Below are positions 11,191 to 20,214 of a stretch of 32,000 nucleotides of DNA, piece by piece. This DNA is from Wigglesworthia glossinidia endosymbiont of Glossina brevipalpis (lineage in GTDB: Bacteria > Pseudomonadota > Gammaproteobacteria > Enterobacterales > Enterobacteriaceae), in the NCBI GenBank assembly GCA_000008885.1, contig BA000021.3:360001-392000 (forward strand), given 5' to 3'. The position numbers and the translations under genes were made by a program. A model generated the notes under the pieces. It ran no database searches, was not told where the DNA came from, and saw nothing but the letters and a program-made list of their open reading frames with translations. Position 1 is the stretch's first letter; each line of letters starts with the position of its first letter.

Positions 11191-11272
11191 TGCCCAAGGC
11201 GGGACTTGAACCCGCACAGCAAAAGCCGAGGGATTTTAAGTCCCTTGTGTCTACCTATTCCACCACCTGGGC
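11191..11272 (-). tRNA. leuZ: tRNA-Leu (anticodon UAA)
   Basis: Minus strand GCCCAGGTGGTGGAATAGGTAGACACAAGGGACTTAAAATCCCTCGGCTTTTGCTGTGCGGGTTCAAGTCCCGCCTTGGGCA. Folds as a class II tRNA with AGGGA/TCCCT anticodon stem and CTTAAAA loop. No CCA encoded. Confidence 0.96.
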
Positions 11273-11282
11273 TGATTTAAAA

Positions 11283-11354
11283 AGGCGCGTCTCGGAATTG
11301 AACCGAGATTGCTGGATTTGCAATCCATCGCATAAACCATTCTGCCAACGCGCC
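11283..11354 (-). tRNA. cysT: tRNA-Cys (anticodon GCA)
   Basis: Minus strand GGCGCGTTGGCAGAAT...GGATTGCAAATCC...TCTCGGTTCAATTCCGAGACGCGCCT; GGCGCG acceptor pairing, GCA anticodon. No CCA encoded. Confidence 0.96.
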
Positions 11355-11397
11355 ATAAATAAAATTTTTATTTTATATAAAATATTATTAAATATAT

Positions 11398-11469
11398 AGC
11401 GGAAGACGAGATTCGAACTCGCGACCCTAACCTTGGCAAGGTTATGCTCTTCCTCTAAGCTACTTCCGC
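11398..11469 (-). tRNA. glyW: tRNA-Gly (anticodon GCC)
   Basis: Minus strand GCGGAAGTAGCTTAGAGGAAGAGCATAACCTTGCCAAGGTTAGGGTCGCGAGTTCGAATCTCGTCTTCCGCT; complete cloverleaf, GCC anticodon. No CCA encoded. Confidence 0.96.
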
Positions 11470-11529
11470 AATTATTTCTTAATTCAAATGTATTATGACT
11501 CAATAAAAAAAAATCATCAAGATTAATTT

Positions 11530-12078
11530 TTAATTTCTAAATAAATCTCTCCAAGCTATATAAAAATATTTCAACATAGATAAAAATGCTAAAATAGAAG
11601 ATACATATAAAGACAATATTCCAATAATAATAATTATATATGTTTCTTTCCATAAGAGAGAAAAAATCGCTAGCATTTGTATGCTAGTTTTTAGTTTACT
11701 TATTAATGAAACAGATAATAAATTATTTTTACCAATTTCTGCCATCCATTCTCTTAAAGAAGAAATAATAATTTCTCTAATTATCATTATTAATGAAGGA
11801 ATAGTAATCCAAAAAGAATGAAAATATTCAATAATAAGAATTAATCCAATTACTACAATAATTTTATCAGCTACTGGATCTAAAAATGCTCCGAAACAAG
11901 TTGTTTGGTTTAATTTTCTAGCCAAAAAACCATCAAACCAATCAGTTAAAGCTGCTAATATAAAAATTATAGCAGAATAAAAAGAAGCATTACTAAATGG
12001 AAGATAAAAAACAATAATAAAAAATGGTACTATAATTAAACGAAATAAAGTTAAACAAGTTGGTATGTTTAAACGCAT
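11530..12078 (-). CDS. pgsA: CDP-diacylglycerol--glycerol-3-phosphate 3-phosphatidyltransferase
   Basis: 182 aa ORF with CDP-alcohol phosphatidyltransferase motif DWFDGFLARKLNQTTCFGAFLDPVADK; upstream of Gly-Cys-Leu tRNAs as in E. coli. Confidence 0.95.
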   Translation of the reverse strand: MRLNIPTCLTLFRLIIVPFFIIVFYLPFSNASFYSAIIFILAALTDWFDGFLARKLNQTTCFGAFLDPVADKIIVVIGLILIIEYFHSFWITIPSLIMIIREIIISSLREWMAEIGKNNLLSVSLISKLKTSIQMLAIFSLLWKETYIIIIIGILSLYVSSILAFLSMLKYFYIAWRDLFRN

Positions 12079-12459
12079 TCTTTATAATTTTTATCAGTTT
12101 TTATATTGATATTAAATATTTATTTTGTTGTTGTCATTAAAATTTTAATAAATTTATTATTAATAATAAATATTAAAATTAATTTAATGTAAATAAATAT
12201 TTTATATTCAAATTGTATTTGATTTATTTTTTTAATATAAAATAAAAATTTTATTTAAAAAATAAAAAATTAAATATATATTTAAATAATATTGATTTTA
12301 ATTTAAATAAATTTGTTAATTTAATATAAAAATTATATTTATTTTTTTAAATTGATATCAATAAAATTGATTCTTTTTGAGATAATTATTTTAAATACTA
12401 TTTTTATTTAATAAATTTACAAATAAATTATGTAACATATAAATTTTTTAAATTAAAAG

Positions 12460-12486
12460 TTGATAGTACTATTTTTATAGTATAAA
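12460..12486 (+). promoter_or_regulatory. candidate sigma70-like promoter for metK
   Basis: TTGATA, 15-nt spacer, then TATAAA about 95 nt upstream of the metK ATG. The spacer carries a small TACTAT-TTTT-ATAGTA inverted repeat. Such hexamers are common by chance in this composition. Confidence 0.3.
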
Positions 12487-12579
12487 GTAATATTTCTTCT
12501 AATTAAAAAACAATATATCTGTTTTATTATTTTTTATAAAATATTTCGATTGAATTAATATTCAAATATAAAGGCTGAT

Positions 12580-13737
12580 ATGAATCAATATTTATTTACA
12601 TCTGAATCAGTTTCAGAGGGACATCCAGATAAAATTGCAGATCAAATTTCTGATACTATTTTGGACGCCATTTTAACACAAGATAAAAAAGCAAGAGTGG
12701 CATGCGAAACATACATTAAAACTGGAATGGTATTAGTAGGAGGAGAAGTTAATTCTTATGCTAAAATAGACATTGAAGAATTAATACGCAATACAATTAA
12801 AGATATAGGTTATATAAATTCCAATATGGGATTTGATGCTAATTCTTGCGCAATATTAAATAATATTAGTAAGCAGTCAAAGGATATTGAAAAAGGATTA
12901 AATCAATTAGATCCTTATATGCAGGGAGCTGGAGATCAAGGTATAATTTTTGGATATGCAACAAATGAAACTGAAACATTTATGCCAGCTCCAATCACTT
13001 ATGCAAATAAATTAATGATTAGGCAATCAGAAGTAAGAAAAAAAAATATACTTCCTTGGTTAAGGCCAGATGCAAAAAGTCAAATAACTTTCATATATGA
13101 AAATAAAAAAATTGTTGGAATAGATACTGTGATTATTTCCAGTCAACATTCTGAAGAAATAAATTTATCTGATTTAAGAGAAGGCATAATGGAAGAAATA
13201 ATTCAACCAATCTTGCCAAAAAAATGGATATCAAATAAAACAAAATATTTTATCAACCCAACAGGAAGATTTGTTATAGGAGGTCCAATGGGAGATTGTG
13301 GGTTGACAGGAAGAAAAATAATTGTTGATACATACGGAGGAATGGCAAGACATGGAGGAGGTTCTTTTTCTGGTAAAGATCCATCCAAAGTAGATAGATC
13401 TGCTGCATATGCATTAAGATATGTTGCTAAAAATATCGTAGCTTCTGGATTAGCTGATCGTTGCGAGATACAAATTTCTTATGCCATTGGTGTGTCAAAT
13501 CCTATTTCAATTTTCATTGAAACATTTGGAACTCAAAAAATTTCTAATAAAAAATTAATTAATTTAATACATGAAAATTTTGATTTACGTCCACATGGAT
13601 TGATTGTTATGCTAGATCTATTAAAACCTATATATAGAGAAACTGCAGTTTACGGTCATTTTAGCAAAATTCATTTTCCGTGGGAAAAAATAGATAAAGC
13701 TAATATATTACGTGATAGTTCTGGAATAAAAATATAA
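12580..13737 (+). CDS. metK: S-adenosylmethionine synthetase
   Basis: 385 aa ORF: [97 protein letters not shown]. Confidence 0.98.
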
Positions 13738-13904
13738 AATATTTAAATCTTAAATTCAATATTTAATATTATTTCATATAGAATAAATAATATTATTAAT
13801 TAATATTTTAAAACTGTATTTTTAACTAAATTTAATTAAAAAATATAATTGTATTATTTTTTAATACTTATTTTTCAAAGATTTATAAATGTGTTGAGAA
13901 AAAT

Positions 13905-14555
13905 ATGGAAGTCTTAACAAAAGAAGCTTTACTAGTAAAAAATGCTTTATTAAACAAAGGCATAGAAACTCCATTTAAAAAAATTTATGAAAAAAATAAA
14001 CCAGATATACATAAAATATCTAAATACATTAAAAAAATAATGGATCTTTTAAATTTAGATTTAAACAATGATAGCTTGTCAAAAACTCCTAATAGAATTG
14101 CTTATATGTATATAGAAGAAATATTTTCAGGTCTAAATTATAATAATTTTCCAAAAATAACATTAATAAAAAATACCTCTAAAATTAATGATTTAATTAC
14201 AGTAAATAATATTGTTTTAAACAGCACATGTGAACATCATTTTTTAATTTTTGAAGGAAAAGCAATTGTATCATATATTCCAGACAAAATTTTAATTGGA
14301 CTATCTAAAATAAATCGCATTGTTGATTTTTTTTCTAAAAGACCTCAAATTCAAGAAAGATTAACTAATCAAATTTTAGTTGCTATTCAAATTTTGCTTG
14401 ATACTAAAAATGTAGCAGTAGCAATTAAAGCTAAGCATCTTTGCGTGAAAGCTCGGGGAATAAAAGATTCTCACAGTAAAACTTTAACTCTATCTTTGGG
14501 TGGAGTTTTTAAATCCAAACAAAACATAAAAAAAGAATTTTTAAAAGATTTTTAA
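13905..14555 (+). CDS. folE: GTP cyclohydrolase I
   Basis: 216 aa ORF: [86 protein letters not shown]. Confidence 0.96.
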   Translation: MEVLTKEALLVKNALLNKGIETPFKKIYEKNKPDIHKISKYIKKIMDLLNLDLNNDSLSKTPNRIAYMYIEEIFSGLNYNNFPKITLIKNTSKINDLITVNNIVLNSTCEHHFLIFEGKAIVSYIPDKILIGLSKINRIVDFFSKRPQIQERLTNQILVAIQILLDTKNVAVAIKAKHLCVKARGIKDSHSKTLTLSLGGVFKSKQNIKKEFLKDF

Positions 14556-14558
14556 AAA

Positions 14559-15377
14559 TTAGTAAATATTTTTCCACAAATTATAAAAATGATGTATTGG
14601 ACCTATTCCTTTTCCTATATTTAATTTATTTGATTTATATATAGACATCTCTAACCAAGATTTTGATTTTTTTATAGTTTCTTCCCAATTACAAAATTTA
14701 GGCATAAGAGCTGCAATAGCAGAAGATAAAGAACAACCTGTTCCATGTGTATTTTTTGTATTTATTCTTACACCTTTAAATTTAATTTCTTTGTTTTTAG
14801 AAATTAACCAATCTGAGCTTTCTTTGTTATTTTTTAAATGACCTCCTTTCATTAGTACCATGTTACATCCATATTCTAAAATAGCTTTTCCTTGTTCCTT
14901 TAATTGAGATTCATTTTTTGCTATAGAACAATTTAAAATTAAAGAAGATTCTTTTAAATTAGGAGTAACAATAGAAGAAATAGGAAACAATAATTTTTTT
15001 ATCTTGTTTATAGATCTTTTTTTTAATAAACATGATCCATCTTTTGATGACATAACTGGATCTAATATAATCCAAGGTATATAGTATTTCTTAATTTCCT
15101 TATATATTGTTTCAATAATAGCTGAATCATATAACATTCCAATTTTAATTGAATCTATTTTTACATCGCTGAATACAGAATTTATTTGAGATTTTATTAC
15201 ATTTATAGGTAATTTATAAATAGATTGAACTCCTTTAGTGTTTTGAGAGACCAAAGAAGTTATTACTGTTAATCCATATGCACCTAAAGCAGAAAAAGTT
15301 TTTAAATCACATTGAATGCCTGCTCCACATGTTGGATCAGTTCCAGCTATAGATAATATTTTGTAAATTTTTTTCAT
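14559..15377 (-). CDS. thiD: hydroxymethylpyrimidine/phosphomethylpyrimidine kinase
   Basis: The plus strand reads 'ttgtaaattttttTtcat'-type sequence ending at 15377, so ATG AAA AAA ATT TAC AAA (MKKIYK) is on the minus strand, despite the '+' in the supplied track. Protein has SIAGTDPTCGAGIQCDLKTFSALGAYG, KIGML, LDPVMSSKDG, TPNLKE, TKNTHGTGCSLSSAIAA. Confidence 0.95.
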   Translation of the reverse strand: MKKIYKILSIAGTDPTCGAGIQCDLKTFSALGAYGLTVITSLVSQNTKGVQSIYKLPINVIKSQINSVFSDVKIDSIKIGMLYDSAIIETIYKEIKKYYIPWIILDPVMSSKDGSCLLKKRSINKIKKLLFPISSIVTPNLKESSLILNCSIAKNESQLKEQGKAILEYGCNMVLMKGGHLKNNKESSDWLISKNKEIKFKGVRINTKNTHGTGCSLSSAIAALMPKFCNWEETIKKSKSWLEMSIYKSNKLNIGKGIGPIHHFYNLWKNIY

Positions 15378-15562
15378 AAAGTATAATATTTAATGTAAAA
15401 ATAAATTTTAATTAATAAACAATTAATATTTTATTTAAAAAAAATTAATTAACAATATTTTATTATTTTAATATCTATTAAAAAATAAAATTTATAAAAA
15501 TATTTATTATATTTAATTTAGAATATATCATACAAAATAAATATTATATATTAAAAATAAAA

Positions 15563-16402
15563 ATGTTAAATTGTTATCTTGCATTTCCGAAATATGATCC
15601 GATTATTTTTTCTGTTGGAAGATTTTCTGCTCATTGGTATGGATTGATGTATTTAATTGGTTTTTATTTTATCATGTGGTCTTCTATAAAAAGATATAAA
15701 TTAATTTCTTTAAACAAAGAAAAAATAGAAAATATATTATATTTTTCCTTTTTAAATGCTCTTATAGGAGGAAGAATAGGATATGTTATATTTTATAAAA
15801 CAAAAGAAATTTTTTTTAATCCATACTTTATATTTAAAGTATGGGAAGGAGGAATGTCTTTTCATGGTGGATTGTTAGGATCTATAATTTCCATATATTA
15901 TTTTTCAAAAAAATATAATTGTAAATTTTTTAAAATATCTGATTTTTTAGTTCCTTTAATACCATTTGGATTAGGATTTGGAAGAATTGGAAATTTTATC
16001 AATGGAGAATTATGGGGCCGAGTAAATACCTCTTTTTGTTTTACTATGTTGTTTCCTGGTTCTTATGATGAAGATGTTAAATTTCTTTTAAATAATCCTC
16101 ATTTACAAGATGTGTTTGATAAATATCATTTATTGCCTAGACATATTTCTCAATTGTATGAAATGTTTTTAGAAGGTATTTTACTGTTTATTATTTTAAA
16201 TATTTTCGAAAAAAAGAAAAAACCAACAGGATATATGTCAGGTCTTTTTTTAATTTTATATGGTTCTTTTAGAATTATAGCAGAGTTTTTCAGACAACCA
16301 GATCCACAAATAGGATTGATGTTTAATTATATTAGTTTAGGACAAATATTATCAATTCCTATGATATTATATGGATTAATATTAATAATCAATTCAAAAT
16401 AA
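15563..16402 (+). CDS. lgt: prolipoprotein diacylglyceryl transferase
   Basis: 279 aa membrane ORF: RFSAHWYGLMYLIGF, GGRIGYVIFY, WEGGMSFHGGLLG, GLGFGRIGNFINGELWGR, RHISQLYEMFLEG; next to thyA as in E. coli. Confidence 0.96.
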   Translation: MLNCYLAFPKYDPIIFSVGRFSAHWYGLMYLIGFYFIMWSSIKRYKLISLNKEKIENILYFSFLNALIGGRIGYVIFYKTKEIFFNPYFIFKVWEGGMSFHGGLLGSIISIYYFSKKYNCKFFKISDFLVPLIPFGLGFGRIGNFINGELWGRVNTSFCFTMLFPGSYDEDVKFLLNNPHLQDVFDKYHLLPRHISQLYEMFLEGILLFIILNIFEKKKKPTGYMSGLFLILYGSFRIIAEFFRQPDPQIGLMFNYISLGQILSIPMILYGLILIINSK

Positions 16403-16417
16403 AATTTAATTTATTAA

Positions 16418-17212
16418 ATGAAAGAATATTTAGATTTGTTAAATTTGATTTTAAAAAATGGATATCCAAAAATAGATAGAACAAAAACTGGAACTTTATC
16501 TATGTTTGGATATCAAATAAGAATTAATTTAAATGAAGGATTTCCGTTATTAACAACAAAATATTGTCATTTTAAATCAATAGTATATGAATTGCTTTGG
16601 TTTTTAAGAGGGGACACAAATATATCATTTTTAAAAAAAAATAATATTTCTATTTGGAATAAATGGGCAGATAAAAATGGAAACCTAGGTCCAATATATG
16701 GAAAACAATGGCGTGCTTGGGAAGATAAAAAAAATAACACTATTGATCAAATTGAAATAGCTTTAAATAAATTAAAAAAAGAACCTTCTTCTAGAAGAAT
16801 ACTAGTTTCTTCATGGAATGTTGGAGAGTTAGATTTGATGTCCATACCTCCATGTCACGTTTTATTTCAACTATATGTAATAAATAATAAATTGTCTTGT
16901 CAAGTATATCAAAGATCTTGCGATATTTTTTTAGGATTACCTTTTAACATAGGAAGTTATGCTTTGTTGACTCATATTTTTGCTAATCAATGCGATTTGC
17001 TAGTTGAAGATTTAATATGGACAGGAGGAGACATTCATTTATACAAAAATCATTTAAATCAAGCAAAATTACAATTAACAAGATCCCCTTTACCATTACC
17101 AAAAATTTTTATTAAAAAAAAACCTAAAAATTTATTTAATTATGCATTTAATGATTTTTTACTTATTGATTATAATCATCATCCAAAAATAAAAGCTCCA
17201 ATATCAATTTAA
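16418..17212 (+). CDS. thyA: thymidylate synthase
   Basis: 264 aa ORF: [75 protein letters not shown]. Confidence 0.97.
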
Positions 17213-17213
17213 T

Positions 17214-18644
17214 TTATTTATTTTTTGATTTTTTATTTAAAAAATCAGTAATAGTTCCAGAAAAAATTTCTGATGCTCTTCCTATAGATTCATATAAAGT
17301 TGGATGAGCATGTATAGTTAAAGATATATCATCAACATCACACCCCATTTCTATTGCTAAACTAATTTCTCCTAATAGTTCGCTACTGTTGTATCCAACG
17401 ATAGATCCTCCAATAATTTTTTTATTTTCTTTATTAAATATTAATTTAGTCATTCCTCCTTCATGATGATCTGATGCAATCGCTCTGCCAAGAGCATTCC
17501 AAGGAAACAAAGCAGTTTCGTATGGTATATTAAGATTTATAGCTTCTTTTTCTGTAATTCCTACCCAAGAAATTTCTGGATTTGTATATGCAACAGAAGG
17601 AATAACTCTAGGATCAAAAAAATGATTTTCTCCTGAAATTACTTCTGCTGCAATATGAGATTGATATGATGCTTTATGAGCTAACATTGGATGACCAGTG
17701 ACATCTCCTATTGCGTATATATGAGGTATATTAGTACGCATTTGATTATTTACTTCTATAAAATTTAGATTATTTAATTTAATACCAATTTCTTTAGCTT
17801 TTATTAAATCACCATTAGATTTTCTACCTGTAGAAAACAAAACAGCGTTACAGCATATTTTTTCTATTTTTTTATCATTATTTACAAGTTCGGCATAAAT
17901 ATTATTATCTTCTAAATAAACACTTTTTAATTCAGTATTCAACATGATGTTAAAATTATTTTTTATGCTTTTATAAAATATATTTATTATATCTGTGTCA
18001 ACTGCAGGAATTAATTGATTTGACATTTCTGCTATGTATACTTCAGATCCAAATGAATTATATACTGTAGCCATTTCTAATCCAATTACTCCACCTCCGA
18101 CTATTAATAACTTTTTTGGAATAAATTTAATTTTCAAAGCATCTGTTGAATCCCAAATTTTTTCGTCTGGTTGCAACATAAAATGATTTTTTATAGGAGA
18201 TGATCCTACTGCAATAATGGCATGCTCAAATTTAATTTTTGTGTTTTCTTTTAAGCTTTTTACATTAACTGTATAAGGATCTATGAATTCTCCATATCCA
18301 TGTATAATTTTTACATTTCTTGCTTTAGACATCATATTTAATCCGTTTGTAAGTTTTAATACTACATCGCATTTCCATTTACGGATTTGATTCATATCAA
18401 TTTCACGTTCGTTAAATTTTATTCCAATTTTTTTTAATTTATTTATAGAATTTAAATTATTAGCAATATGTAATAGAGATTTAGATGGTATGCATCCTAC
18501 GTTTAAACACACTCCTCCCAAAGAAGAAAATCTTTCTACTAAAACAGTTTTTAATCCTAAATCAGCACAACGAAATGCTGCAGAATATCCCCCTGGCCCT
18601 GATCCAATTACTAATACTTCGGTATTAATTTTGTTTTCTTTCAT
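17214..18644 (-). CDS. lpd: dihydrolipoyl dehydrogenase (E3 of PDH/OGDH)
   Basis: 476 aa ORF: VLVIGSGPGGYSAAFRCADLGLKTVLVE, GGVCLNVGCIPSKSLLH (redox disulfide), IYAIGDVTGHPMLAHKASYQSHIAAE, IHAHPTLYES. Confidence 0.97.
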   Translation of the reverse strand: MKENKINTEVLVIGSGPGGYSAAFRCADLGLKTVLVERFSSLGGVCLNVGCIPSKSLLHIANNLNSINKLKKIGIKFNEREIDMNQIRKWKCDVVLKLTNGLNMMSKARNVKIIHGYGEFIDPYTVNVKSLKENTKIKFEHAIIAVGSSPIKNHFMLQPDEKIWDSTDALKIKFIPKKLLIVGGGVIGLEMATVYNSFGSEVYIAEMSNQLIPAVDTDIINIFYKSIKNNFNIMLNTELKSVYLEDNNIYAELVNNDKKIEKICCNAVLFSTGRKSNGDLIKAKEIGIKLNNLNFIEVNNQMRTNIPHIYAIGDVTGHPMLAHKASYQSHIAAEVISGENHFFDPRVIPSVAYTNPEISWVGITEKEAINLNIPYETALFPWNALGRAIASDHHEGGMTKLIFNKENKKIIGGSIVGYNSSELLGEISLAIEMGCDVDDISLTIHAHPTLYESIGRASEIFSGTITDFLNKKSKNK

Positions 18645-18710
18645 ATTATCCTCTGTTTAAAAAATTTAATATTTTATTTTAAAAAATTAAAATTAATTTT
18701 TTATAAAATA

Positions 18711-20201
18711 CTATAAAGTTAATAACCTAATGTCTGATATAATTTTTTTTAAAAAAATAATAAACTTAGCTCCTTCTGATCCGTCAATCACTCTATGATC
18801 ATAAGATAACGATAAAGGTAGCATTAATTTTGGAGAAAAAGAACTTCCATTCCACATTGGCTGAATGCTTGCCTGTGATACTCCTAAAATTGCTACTTCC
18901 GGGTAATTTATAATTGGAGTAAATTCTCTTCCTCCAATTCCTCCTAAATTAGATATAGTGAAACATCCTCCCGTCATATCTCTGCTGATTAATTTTTTAT
19001 TTCTAGCTTTATTTGAAATATTAAATAATTCATGTGATATTTCTATTATTCCTTTTTTGTCTACATCAAATATTACAGGAACAACTAAACCATAATCTGT
19101 GCTAACAGCAATTCCTATATTAAAATATTTTTTTAAAATTAATTTGTTTTTATCCTTTGAAAGAGAACTATTAAATAAAGGATACTCTTTTAAAGCAAAA
19201 AATACAGATTTAATTATGAAAGATAAAATAGTTATTTTTACTTTATATTTTAATGTATTATTTTGATTTTTTCTAAAACTTTCCAGCTCGCTTATATCTA
19301 CTTGTTCAAATTGAGTAACATGTGGTATAGATATCCAATTTTTATATAAATTAGATCCTGAAATTTTTTTTATTTTACCTATTTCTATTAATTCTGACTC
19401 TCCATATAAAATTTCTTTAGAGTCTTCAAATGAATTTACATTTTTTAATTTAGAATTATTATCAATAAATTTATTTTCCATACAATCAATATTAATACTA
19501 TTTTTAATATCTTCTGGCAATATTCTTCCCTTTCTTCCACTTCCATCTATTTTAGAAAGATCAATATTGAACTTTGACGCTATTCTTCTAACAAATGGAG
19601 AAGAATATATGTTTTCATTTATTATTTTATTTTCAATATTTAATTTTTTTTCTAAAATAACTTTATTACTTTTAATTTTAGAAGAAATATTTTTTAAAGA
19701 AAAAACTAACTTATTAGATTTTATGAAATCTTTATTTTTAACATTTATGAAACTTACCGTTCCATTTAGAGGAGATAAAATTGTTTTTGTTTTTTCAAAA
19801 TCTTTTACAATTAAAATTGGATTATTTACTTCTAAATAATCATTAATGGAAAAAAATATTTTTATTATTTTTGTATTTATTATACCCAAATCAGCAGAAT
19901 ATATTTCTTTATAATTTTTGTCATATTTAGAATCTTTATTTTTTTTAGATGATATACAGATTTCTTTTTCAAAATTTTTAATCAAAATAATACTTTGATT
20001 GGTTTTTATTTTATCTCCAATTTTTATCATAATTTCTTTTATTATGCCTGGTTTTGGAGAAGGAACTTGCATAGATGCTTTATCTCCTTCTATTGTTATT
20101 AAGGATTGTTCAATGTCTACAGAATCTCCTATTTTTACTAAAATTTCTGTAACTTCTACTTCATCTGGCCCAATATCTGGAACTTTAATTATTTCACTCA
20201 T
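18711..20201 (-). CDS. aceF: pyruvate dehydrogenase E2 (dihydrolipoamide acetyltransferase)
   Basis: 496 aa ORF with canonical N-terminal lipoyl domain (LITIEGDKASMQVPSPKPG), a degenerate second lipoyl-like domain, an E3-binding domain (SSPFVRRIASKFNIDLSKIDGSGRKGRILPEDI) and a catalytic domain (SLSYDHRVIDGSEGAKF). Confidence 0.96.
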   Translation of the reverse strand: MSEIIKVPDIGPDEVEVTEILVKIGDSVDIEQSLITIEGDKASMQVPSPKPGIIKEIMIKIGDKIKTNQSIILIKNFEKEICISSKKNKDSKYDKNYKEIYSADLGIINTKIIKIFFSINDYLEVNNPILIVKDFEKTKTILSPLNGTVSFINVKNKDFIKSNKLVFSLKNISSKIKSNKVILEKKLNIENKIINENIYSSPFVRRIASKFNIDLSKIDGSGRKGRILPEDIKNSINIDCMENKFIDNNSKLKNVNSFEDSKEILYGESELIEIGKIKKISGSNLYKNWISIPHVTQFEQVDISELESFRKNQNNTLKYKVKITILSFIIKSVFFALKEYPLFNSSLSKDKNKLILKKYFNIGIAVSTDYGLVVPVIFDVDKKGIIEISHELFNISNKARNKKLISRDMTGGCFTISNLGGIGGREFTPIINYPEVAILGVSQASIQPMWNGSSFSPKLMLPLSLSYDHRVIDGSEGAKFIIFLKKIISDIRLLTL

Positions 20202-20214
20202 TTTTTATCCTTGA

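Noticed and set aside
11190-11399. Track ORF of 69 aa (+) 'MPKAGLEPAQQKPRDFKSL...'
   Set aside because: It reads antisense through tRNA-Leu and tRNA-Cys. 'Proteins' with GLEPAQ-like strings are a classic tRNA-antisense artefact.
11255-11503. Track ORF of 82 aa (-) over the tRNA cluster
   Set aside because: It covers sense sequence of tRNA-Gly and tRNA-Cys (GRWQNGLCDGLQIQQSRFNSE is translated tRNA-Cys). Not a coding gene.
19567-20214. Plus-strand ORFs 19567..19839 and 19999..20214 within aceF
   Set aside because: Antisense to aceF with no recognisable product; AceF conservation explains the open frames.
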